Of a DNA stretch of 64,000 nt, positions 28,951 through 37,275 are shown one piece after another. Both the position numbers and the translations under genes were made by a program. Source of the stretch: Acidobacteriota bacterium (GTDB lineage: Bacteria > Acidobacteriota > UBA890 > WLXD01); assembly GCA_963666055.2 (NCBI GenBank), contig CAXWPH010000015.1, positions 640,001 through 704,000 of the forward strand. Reading direction: 5' to 3'. The first letter of the stretch is position 1, and each line of letters opens with the position of its first letter. The notes under the pieces are model-generated. The model was not told where the DNA came from. It did not search any database and saw only the letters and a program-made list of their open reading frames with translations.

Positions 28951-29472
28951 TCAACGTGCCCGCAGCGCCAGGACGAGAGCCTCTCGGCCGGACGGCACGG
29001 CGACGCGCGTCGGAGGCCCGGCCAGCTTAGCCGGCACCGACAGTTGCTGCAGGGCCGCGCCGGTTTCGACATCGAGAAACTCCCCCGTCATCGACCGGGG
29101 CAACTTCAGTAAGAGCTCTGAAGCCAGCGTGGTTTCTTCCATATACACGATGACCTGGTCTCGGCCGAACAGGCCGAATGTCGGTCCGGGTGACCTGGCT
29201 CCACGGAAGTACTCGGAGCCGGGCGGCATTCGGATGAAGATGACATCCTCCCACGCCAGGTTGCCCAACAGTGCGCTGAGCCTTCCCGGTGTCGCCTGGA
29301 GGATCCGATACAGGTGGTCTAGCAGGCCGTGGTGAAAGTGTGGTGGTTCTGGATGATAGAGGATCGCGATGTCTAGCGGCCCGCCCTCTCCGGCGATCAC
29401 CCAGTAGCGTGTCCGCGGCGGTATCGTCAGCAGAAAATCGGCGTCGACGCAGTGCACTGCGTTGTCCGGCAA
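28951..29472 (-). CDS. Hypothetical protein (probably a fragment) carrying an in-frame repeat-derived segment
   Basis: Open 173-aa frame with a TTG start; residues PPHFHHGLL are encoded by the element TIR at 29319-29352. Confidence 0.4.
   Translation of the reverse strand: MPDNAVHCVDADFLLTIPPRTRYWVIAGEGGPLDIAILYHPEPPHFHHGLLDHLYRILQATPGRLSALLGNLAWEDVIFIRMPPGSEYFRGARSPGPTFGLFGRDQVIVYMEETTLASELLLKLPRSMTGEFLDVETGAALQQLSVPAKLAGPPTRVAVPSGREALVLALRAR
29319..29376. mobile_element. One-ended remnant of the CTAG element
   Basis: CTAGCAGGCCGTGGTGAAAGTGTGGTGGTTCTGG (33/34 match to the family TIR), with a second CTAG exactly 54 bp later. Confidence 0.75.
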
Positions 29473-29509
29473 CGCCTACCGAGTCAGCCGGACGTCCGCC
29501 CGCGCCGGT

Positions 29510-32296
29510 TCACTCGCGTGGCTTGCGCCCGATCAGTCGTATGTGTCGTAGCGATACCTGCCGGCGATGGCCGGCCTCACCTACGAGCACGTCGGCCCGT
29601 CCGTGGCCGACGTGCTCCGCGGCGGTACCTGGTGTGAGGCCTGGCGCCCCGATCAAAGCGTACCTCCGCACCGTCTCCCCGGCCCGCAGCGACGCGCCCA
29701 AACGACGCAGCGCCGCTGCCACCGGTGGTGACACTCGCAGCCCTTCCGGGTAGCGAATGCCGAGTGCCACCACGTCGGTTTCGGGCACCGAGTCGAGGAA
29801 GGCGATGAGCTCGCCTTGCTGAAATCCGTCCGCAGGAAACATCGCCTGATAGCGGATGCGATCGCCGCGGCGTCCGAGGTTGTACACCTGGATGCCGAAG
29901 TTGTTCATGGCGTCGCGCCATGCGTCGTTGATTGCCAGCAACACCCCGATTCCCTGCGCGTCGATCAAGAGATCAACTCCCAGATGCCGCCCGCTCGAGC
30001 CTATCTCGGGGCCAGGGACGGAAGCGTCGAGAACGTAGCCGCTGTTCAACGACAGGGTCGCCGTGCCGTCCGGGTCGAATGCGCCCGCCTCCGGGACCGG
30101 CACTTCGAACCGACGCCAATCAAGCCCCAACTCGAGATCCTCGGGCGGCGCACCGCCCCACGCGACCTTCAGCACCGGCCGCCGGGCCGTGGATGTCGCT
30201 GCCACACGTGCTTGAAAGACAACGCCGCTTGCCGCCCGTAGCTGTGACCCGGTGAACCGGCGTGACATGTCAAGGCCGGAGTCGAGGTCGCGTCGCACTT
30301 CGAACACCAGCACGTCGCCGAGACGCTTCACCAGCGACAGCCTGCGCCGATCGGCAAGCAGTTGTCGTGAGAGCACGCGATCGAAGTCGTCCCCGTACTC
30401 ACTGCCGTGAACGATCAGGTAGTCCACCGGAAAGCGCCGCCGCAGCGTGTCCAGGAACTCGTCGCCGAGATCTCGCGTCCTCAGCAACGCTAGCCAGGAG
30501 CTCGGGACGAAACCACTGTAACCGTTCACCAGCGGCAGGAAGTGTAGGGTCGAGCCGAGCATGTAACGCACGTTTCCGCGGATCACATCGCCACCCGGCG
30601 CCAATGGCGTGTGCACGATCGAGGTGTGCTTCGGCTGCTCCGCCAACCACACGTCGACCTCTGATTCCGATGGCGAGACCCCTACTGCGGGGAGCGGCCA
30701 TACTCGGTACTCGAACAGCAGCGTCGCCGCGAGCAGGGCGACGGCGGCGACGCGCACGCGACGCCAGCCGACGGCAGCCAGCCGGGTGCGCGCCAGCTGC
30801 CGTACCGCCGCCACACTGAAGCCCACCATGGCAGCAAAGAACAGCATCCAGAAGAGGCCGAAACGCCCCACTGCGCGCATGCTCCGGTACGGCTGCACGA
30901 GCTCGTGCAGGACGCGGAATGGCCCCACGCCCAGATCGGTGCCCGAACCCACGACACCCGGCCCGAAGGCCAGCAGGTAGCTGATCAACAGCATGAGCCC
31001 GAGGATCGCGTAGTGGGCGGCCCGGGTTGGCAGAGCTCGCCGCGACCGCAACCATAGCCACATCGCCAGTGTAGCGGCTACGCCGAGCCATAACGATGGG
31101 TGAATCGTCTGACAGAGCGCGATCAGTGGCTCGACAACTGGCGGGCGTCCTGCCCACCCCGCCACCAGGAAGCCGGCCACATGTAGCAGCCCAAACAGCA
31201 CGCTGGCGGCGATCGATGCCCGCAATACCCAAAGCTCGCGCCCCTTCCTCGGACCGACCGTGGCATCCACGCGAACCGCGGCGGCCCCAGGCCAGCGCTG
31301 ACCCACCAGCGCCGGCAGCAACACGACGGCACCGGCGATGAACAACAGCCAGGGCAGGACGCCGGGAAAGAAATTGGACTCGGATCGGTAGTAGGCTGCG
31401 GCAAGCAGGCGCATGTGGGGCGCCTTGTTGAGCAAACTCGGCGACACGTAAGCTTGTAATTGTGCCCCGCCGACATCACGCAGGCCGCGTTCGAACCCCT
31501 CGGCTTCATTCACCCACATATACGGCAGGCTGATCGGCACGACGAGGACCGCCGCGACAACCACGGCAACGGCGGCATCGCCCACCAGACGGCGGCCGGC
31601 GACCACCTGCCCCGCGGCCCGATGGTGAACGAGCAGCAACCCCGTGTAGATCAACACGAACGGCAAGAACATGAGCCCGAGGTAAATCCCCGACAGGTAC
31701 TGCAGACCGAACAGGCCGCCGGCCGCTACGGCGTAGCGTCGTTGGCCGCTGTCGAAGTACAGCGCGATGGCGAGAAGCGTGAAGGGGATCCACTGGCCTG
31801 TGAGCAGCTGCAGGTGCGCCAGGTGGTCGAACTTTACCGGCGCGAAGGCCCAGATGAAGCCAGCCACGAGCCCGCCGAACAGGCTGCCCGAGATCACCCG
31901 AACCCATAGGGCCGTCGCCATGCCGGAGAGCACGAACGACGCGAACAGCACGACGTTGTAGGCCAGCACCGGCTCGCCCCACCAGTTCAGCGGCGCCACG
32001 GGAATGGCGGAACCGAGTAGGTTCTCCGAGAACGCCAGCGTGCGCTGCTGCGGGAAAAAGATGTTGGCGTTGAACAACTCCAGCGGCTTGTTCAGTATGG
32101 CGTGCGCATCCCAGGCCAAGATCCAGGTGTTCAGCGCCGTATCCCTCACCTCGTTGAGCATCGAGGCCGGCCGGGTCCAGATCGGATACGTAAAGAGCAG
32201 CGACAGCAGGAAGAACAGCAGGCCGATCAGTAGAACGTGCCCGTGATTACCTGGCTTGCGCACGTCGCGTAGCTCTCGGTCGCGGAGCACCAGCAC
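29510..32296 (-). CDS. Polytopic membrane protein (GT-C/YfhO-like) with a C-terminal ILEI/GG-like domain
   Basis: DTALNTWILAWDAHA...FNANIFFP...LAFSE, many TMs, LVNGYSGF; C-terminal ELIAFLDSVP..DVVALG...ALRRLGA...YALIG.PG. Start uncertain. Confidence 0.7.
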   Translation of the reverse strand: MLVLRDRELRDVRKPGNHGHVLLIGLLFFLLSLLFTYPIWTRPASMLNEVRDTALNTWILAWDAHAILNKPLELFNANIFFPQQRTLAFSENLLGSAIPVAPLNWWGEPVLAYNVVLFASFVLSGMATALWVRVISGSLFGGLVAGFIWAFAPVKFDHLAHLQLLTGQWIPFTLLAIALYFDSGQRRYAVAAGGLFGLQYLSGIYLGLMFLPFVLIYTGLLLVHHRAAGQVVAGRRLVGDAAVAVVVAAVLVVPISLPYMWVNEAEGFERGLRDVGGAQLQAYVSPSLLNKAPHMRLLAAAYYRSESNFFPGVLPWLLFIAGAVVLLPALVGQRWPGAAAVRVDATVGPRKGRELWVLRASIAASVLFGLLHVAGFLVAGWAGRPPVVEPLIALCQTIHPSLWLGVAATLAMWLWLRSRRALPTRAAHYAILGLMLLISYLLAFGPGVVGSGTDLGVGPFRVLHELVQPYRSMRAVGRFGLFWMLFFAAMVGFSVAAVRQLARTRLAAVGWRRVRVAAVALLAATLLFEYRVWPLPAVGVSPSESEVDVWLAEQPKHTSIVHTPLAPGGDVIRGNVRYMLGSTLHFLPLVNGYSGFVPSSWLALLRTRDLGDEFLDTLRRRFPVDYLIVHGSEYGDDFDRVLSRQLLADRRRLSLVKRLGDVLVFEVRRDLDSGLDMSRRFTGSQLRAASGVVFQARVAATSTARRPVLKVAWGGAPPEDLELGLDWRRFEVPVPEAGAFDPDGTATLSLNSGYVLDASVPGPEIGSSGRHLGVDLLIDAQGIGVLLAINDAWRDAMNNFGIQVYNLGRRGDRIRYQAMFPADGFQQGELIAFLDSVPETDVVALGIRYPEGLRVSPPVAAALRRLGASLRAGETVRRYALIGAPGLTPGTAAEHVGHGRADVLVGEAGHRRQVSLRHIRLIGRKPRE

Positions 32297-32496
32297 CCCC
32301 TGTCAGGGATCGCCGGCGAAGGTGCGGTGGCACAGTACCTCGGCATCGCCGCAGGCACCACTCTTGCCGCCTTCGCGATCCGGTCGCTAAGGAAGTGGGT
32401 GCTGAGCCTGCTATCCGACTGAAGCGATGAGCCTCCCGGCCAATCGGCCGGCTGTGCAAGTGTGCCAGGAGCATGCGTAGCACGCTGCTGGCTCGC

Positions 32497-33864
32497 TTAC
32501 CGCTTCTCCGGCTCCGGCAGCATCCCGGCCAGCGATACCTCGTGACCCGGCCGCTTGATGACCCGACCGCCCAGCATCACGAACGAAACCCTCTCCAGCG
32601 CGCTCATATCCTCGAGCGGGTTGCCCGGCACGGCGATGATATCCGCCAGCTTGCCCGGCTCGATCGTGCCGAGACGCTCCTCCCATCCCAACACCTCGGC
32701 ACCGACGCGCGTGCCGGCCTGAATCGCCTCCATCGGCGTCATCCCTGCTTCGACCAGCACTGCGAACTCCCGCGCGAAGACGTGGGCCGGCACAGCGATC
32801 CCGCCGAGGTCAACGCCGACGGCAACCTTGACGCCGGCCGCATGTGCGCGGCCGACGGCGGCCAGGAATTCCGGGCGATCGTTGGCTATGTAGTCGTCGT
32901 TTTCTTCCTGCGCCAGCAGTAGGTCGGTCCCAGCGTAGTAGTCGCCGATGTAGATCGTCGGCACCAGGAACGTGCCGTGCTCGACCATGAGATCGATCGC
33001 CTCTTGGTCGAGGAAGGTACCGTGCTCGATCGAGCGTACACCGGCGCGCACCGCCTGCTTGATGCCCTCGGTAGCGTGCGCGTGAGCCGCCACCGGGACG
33101 CTCAGACGAGCTGCCTCCTCGACCGCGGCGCGCAGCTCCTCGGGGCTGAAGGCAACGTTCCGCGGGTTGTCACCCACCGACTGGTAGGCGCCCGTAACCA
33201 GCAGCTTGATCCAGTCGGAGCCGTACTTCACCTCCCGGCGGACCGCCTTGCGGATCTCCTCCGGCCCGTCGGCCACGAGGCCATCGGCGATCACCGGCTG
33301 CTCGGGCGACAGGAAGTTGACGTCGCCGCCACCGCCGGTGATCGAGATGTAATGCCCCGCACCGGCGATTCGTGGCCCGACGAAGATCCCCTGTTCGATT
33401 ACCCGCCGGATGTCCTGATTGGCATAGAAGACGTCGGCGTCGCCCATGACCCGAATACCGGTCCAACCAGCAAGCAGAAAGCGCTGCAGCGCCGCCAGCC
33501 CGACAAGGGCCTTGTATGCCGACGAGCCCTGCAGGTGGGCGTTCTGATAGTCGTCGCCGTACATCAGGGGATGCTCGTGGTTGTTGATCATCCCCGGCAT
33601 GAGCGTGGTGCCGGGCAGCTCGACGACCCGAGCATCGGCAGGAATGATCTGGCGCCCTCCGACCGCGACAATCCGCTCGCCTTCGATCAGCACCACGACG
33701 CCGGTGCGCGCCTCAGACGCCCTCCCGTCAATCAGGCGGTCGGCAATCAAGGCCATCGACGGCTGCTGCGCCTGTGCCCCGACGGGCGCGGCAAGGATCG
33801 CCAGCACCAGTGCTCCCCCGACCAACCGCAAGCGAGGAATCGAAAACGCGTCGACCGCGGTCAT
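32497..33864 (-). CDS. Exported metal-dependent amidohydrolase (Xaa-Pro dipeptidase-like, Amidohydro_1)
   Basis: PGMINNHEH, GSDWIKL, VAAHAHA, SIEHGT, GTIEPGKLADIIAV.GNPLED. Confidence 0.9.
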   Translation of the reverse strand: MTAVDAFSIPRLRLVGGALVLAILAAPVGAQAQQPSMALIADRLIDGRASEARTGVVVLIEGERIVAVGGRQIIPADARVVELPGTTLMPGMINNHEHPLMYGDDYQNAHLQGSSAYKALVGLAALQRFLLAGWTGIRVMGDADVFYANQDIRRVIEQGIFVGPRIAGAGHYISITGGGGDVNFLSPEQPVIADGLVADGPEEIRKAVRREVKYGSDWIKLLVTGAYQSVGDNPRNVAFSPEELRAAVEEAARLSVPVAAHAHATEGIKQAVRAGVRSIEHGTFLDQEAIDLMVEHGTFLVPTIYIGDYYAGTDLLLAQEENDDYIANDRPEFLAAVGRAHAAGVKVAVGVDLGGIAVPAHVFAREFAVLVEAGMTPMEAIQAGTRVGAEVLGWEERLGTIEPGKLADIIAVPGNPLEDMSALERVSFVMLGGRVIKRPGHEVSLAGMLPEPEKR

Positions 33865-33969
33865 GGGCTCACTCCGATAGCAGATACCGCAAATGGCGAA
33901 AGACGATGATATGCCGAGCCACGAGCCGAGAATGCGTGGCGACACACGGCGCTCGCGACGGCTGCCGTG

Positions 33970-36285
33970 TCAGAAGCCGAACGCAAAGGTCAGCTTGCCC
34001 ACCACGGACTGATCCAGGGGTCCCACGAAGCCACCGTCGTACCGGCGCCCCTGACGGTACACCAGGTAGAAGTTGTCGCCGATGCGGTAGATGTATCGCA
34101 GCCGCGCGAACATCTCGAACTCCTGGGTGACGCTGTTGTACTGGGCCAGTGCGTCGGTCAGGACGCGGTCAGACAACGAGACCTCGGCCCGCAATCGCGC
34201 AATGTTGCTGGTGAAGGAGCCCGACGGCAGGTCCACCTTGTTGTAGCTGAACTCGGGGCGCAGGGTGAAGTTCTCGCTGAAACGGATTGCCACCTGTGGG
34301 GTAGCCGAGAAACGATCGCCATCGTAGAACTCGCCGAACTCGACAAAGGTGCTCAGGCTGACCTTGCGAGCCGCGTTGGTGAACATGCCCAGAAAAAGCT
34401 GGCCGAAGTTGTACTCGCCCGGGGGGATGGCAACGTCCGGGTGAACGTGGAACGGCAGGTCGAGGCGCTCGAACTTCCATTCGTAGCTGAAAATGAAGCT
34501 GTCGCCTGACTCCAACTCCGGTCGTATATCGACGAAGTTCCGCTGCGAGATCAGGCGGCCATCGAGATCGTGAAACGTCTGATGGTGGCCCACGAATCGG
34601 GCCTGCCGTAGCCAGGGGAGTCCCGCCGGCCGCGGTTTGAACTGTGCGTCGTAGCGCTGATAAAGGACGTCGCGACGCAGGATGAACCCGAGATCATTAC
34701 GAAATTCCGGCTCGATGCGAATCACATCAGCGGTCAGCTCTATCAGGTCGCTGTTGTAGTCGGCGCGGGCCCGCCCGGCCCACGAACGCCCTTCGGACCG
34801 ACCGTCCTCCGACTGCGCCGCGAAGCCGGAGAGGTTGAAGTTGTCGAACTGGAAGCTCGCGTCGGCCCCGTACACGCGATTGTAGTCGGCGCCCTGACCC
34901 TCGACGTTGATACCGATCACGCCGATGCTCGAGCGCTCCAGCACGTCCTGCCGCCAGCGCACCACGGAGTAATTGTTTCCCTCCCCGAATGCCGAGTCGC
35001 TTGTCTTGACGTTCAGTAGCCCGACGTTGGCGCCGCCGATCTTGCCGGTGATCTTCGCGCCGTAGTCGATCGGAAGCGGCCGGCCGGCATCGTCCAAACC
35101 GATGTTGCGTGAGTGATACATGCGGATGACCGGCGGCCCGAAAGCCCCGCGGCGCTCGGGGCCGAAGGCGAAGTTGTTGGCCGCCTCCAGAAAGAACTCC
35201 CGTTTCTCGGCGAAAAAGAGCGCATCGCGCGTCAGGTTGACACGCTGGTCGTCAACCTCGACCTGAGCAAAGTCGGTGTTGTAGGTGAACTGCGACGTCA
35301 AGTTCGAGGTCAGCTTGATCTTGAAATCCTCGATCCCCCAGTCAGCGCGCGTGTCCTCGAACGGTACAGGCCGACGGGCGAACGAATCCCAGGTACCGGT
35401 GACGTAAGGCTTGACGCGGAAGCGCTCCTTGAGGCGAAGATTTTCCAGGCCGGTGAGCTGACCCGCCTGCGAGACGGCGATGAACTCGTAGTCACGTGAG
35501 TAGTTGGCCCATAGCACCTCCTCGTTCTTGCGCCGGATATCGCGGCGCAGGTCCATCCCCCAAACAGTACCGTCGGTGTCATAGCGCAGGATCGCCCACG
35601 GAATGGCGATCTCCGCCTCCCAGCCGCGCTCGGTAATCTGTGCCGCGGCGTCCCAGCGCTCGTCCCAGTTGGTGTTGACCAGCGATTCGCCACGAACCGT
35701 GGCATCGAGCTTGGTACCCAATGGGTTGACCGCGAACAGAAATGCGTTGCGCCGGTCGTTGAAGGTGTCCAGCACCACGGCGATGGTGTCGTCCGATTGA
35801 TCAGTGTCGATCAGCCGCGATCCGAAGCTGCCGACGCTGATGCTGTCGCGACGGAGTTGAGTGGCACGAATTCCACTCGGATCGCTGTCGTAGAGCACGA
35901 ACGCCAGATATAGATGGTCGTCGTCGTAGAGGATCCGCGCTTCGGTGCGCTCCGATGGCTCGCCGCCCTCCTGGGGCTCACGCTGGCGGAAGTCGCTGAC
36001 CACGGTCGCCGTCTCCCAGATGGCCTCGTCGACGCGCCCGTCGAGCATCGGTGCCTCATCGGTCCAGGTGGCCGTCGCCACCTTGCCATTCAAGGGCTGT
36101 TCAGTCGCTGCCTGTCCACCGATCATCCGCACCGGGATCTGACGTTGCTGGGATGTCGAGCGCACCGACGAGCCGGGACCCTCGGGAGTCGATGCGATGG
36201 CGCCGTTGGCGACCAATATCGCCGCGCATCCGACAACAAGGATCGGCGCACAGGTCAGGCGCTCGCGCCGGGTGGGATGGCTCAC
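33970..36285 (-). CDS. CBM9-like + DUF5916 outer-membrane protein
   Basis: DGRVDE..W, ERTEARILYDDDHLY, FAVNPLG, YNTDFAQVEVD...NLTR..LFFAEKREFFLE; ends in a C-terminal Phe beta-strand. Confidence 0.85.
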   Translation of the reverse strand: MSHPTRRERLTCAPILVVGCAAILVANGAIASTPEGPGSSVRSTSQQRQIPVRMIGGQAATEQPLNGKVATATWTDEAPMLDGRVDEAIWETATVVSDFRQREPQEGGEPSERTEARILYDDDHLYLAFVLYDSDPSGIRATQLRRDSISVGSFGSRLIDTDQSDDTIAVVLDTFNDRRNAFLFAVNPLGTKLDATVRGESLVNTNWDERWDAAAQITERGWEAEIAIPWAILRYDTDGTVWGMDLRRDIRRKNEEVLWANYSRDYEFIAVSQAGQLTGLENLRLKERFRVKPYVTGTWDSFARRPVPFEDTRADWGIEDFKIKLTSNLTSQFTYNTDFAQVEVDDQRVNLTRDALFFAEKREFFLEAANNFAFGPERRGAFGPPVIRMYHSRNIGLDDAGRPLPIDYGAKITGKIGGANVGLLNVKTSDSAFGEGNNYSVVRWRQDVLERSSIGVIGINVEGQGADYNRVYGADASFQFDNFNLSGFAAQSEDGRSEGRSWAGRARADYNSDLIELTADVIRIEPEFRNDLGFILRRDVLYQRYDAQFKPRPAGLPWLRQARFVGHHQTFHDLDGRLISQRNFVDIRPELESGDSFIFSYEWKFERLDLPFHVHPDVAIPPGEYNFGQLFLGMFTNAARKVSLSTFVEFGEFYDGDRFSATPQVAIRFSENFTLRPEFSYNKVDLPSGSFTSNIARLRAEVSLSDRVLTDALAQYNSVTQEFEMFARLRYIYRIGDNFYLVYRQGRRYDGGFVGPLDQSVVGKLTFAFGF

Positions 36286-36442
36286 AGCTGGATTCCGCTA
36301 GAAGGATTTGCCACGCGCCCCTTGCGCGCTTCGGCCACGCCAGGTGGCCTCATCGGATTGAAACACGCGCCGTTGCGTGCGGTGCCGAGGCCGGGCCGCA
36401 GTTGACCCCCCGTTGCTGGTAGTCTCAGCCTCGGAGGTCGAG

Positions 36443-37258
36443 ATGACCGAAACAACCAACCAACATCGGATCGCCGTCATCGGGCTCGGCAAGCTCGGAG
36501 GGATCCTGCTGCGCGCCTTCCTGGACCAAGGGCTGGTGCTCGCGGAAAACGTGCGCGCCACCGTGCACCGTGAGGAGAACGCCGACCTGCGCGCCGCTCT
36601 CTTCGGTGTGCAGGTGTCAACCGATAACCTGAGCGCGGTAGAAGATGCCGACCTCGTCCTGCTGTGCGTCAAGCCGGCGGCAGTACGCGCCGTATGTGAG
36701 CAGATCGCACCGGTCATCGACCACAAGCTGCTGATCTCCATCGCCGCATCGGTGCCGACGAGCCTGATCGAGGAGTCCTTCGACGGGGTACCGGTAGTGC
36801 GTGCCATGCCTGGAACACCGGCGGCCATCGGAGCCGCGATGACCGGCCTGTGCGCTGGGACCAGCGCGACAGACGAGCATCTGGCGCTGGCGCGGGCTCT
36901 CTTCGACGCCGTTGGCCGCACCGTTATCCTCGACGAGAAACACATGGACGCGGTTACCGGGTTATCGGCCAGCGGCCCGGCGTTCATCTACGTCGTTATC
37001 GAATCGCTCGCCGAGGCAGGCGTCAAGGTCGGATTGCCGCGAGACGTTGCCACGACGCTAGCCGCCCAGGCAACGTTTGGCGCGGCCCGGATGGTGCTGG
37101 ACTCCGGCAGCCACCCGGCGCTGCTCAAGGACGAGGTCACTACGCCGGCCGGCTGCACCATCGACGGCCTGCTGGAGCTCGAGGAGGGCGGCCTGCGCGT
37201 GACCCTAATCAAGGCGGTAGTCAAGGCGACCGAGCGCGCCGGCGAGCTCAAAGACTAG
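36443..37258 (+). CDS. proC: Pyrroline-5-carboxylate reductase
   Basis: IGLGKLG, LCVKP, ISIAASV, VRAMP, DAVTGLSASGPAF, HPALLKDEVTTPAGCTIDGL..LE. Confidence 0.96.
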   Translation: MTETTNQHRIAVIGLGKLGGILLRAFLDQGLVLAENVRATVHREENADLRAALFGVQVSTDNLSAVEDADLVLLCVKPAAVRAVCEQIAPVIDHKLLISIAASVPTSLIEESFDGVPVVRAMPGTPAAIGAAMTGLCAGTSATDEHLALARALFDAVGRTVILDEKHMDAVTGLSASGPAFIYVVIESLAEAGVKVGLPRDVATTLAAQATFGAARMVLDSGSHPALLKDEVTTPAGCTIDGLLELEEGGLRVTLIKAVVKATERAGELKD

Positions 37259-37275
37259 GAAGAGGACTAGTATCC

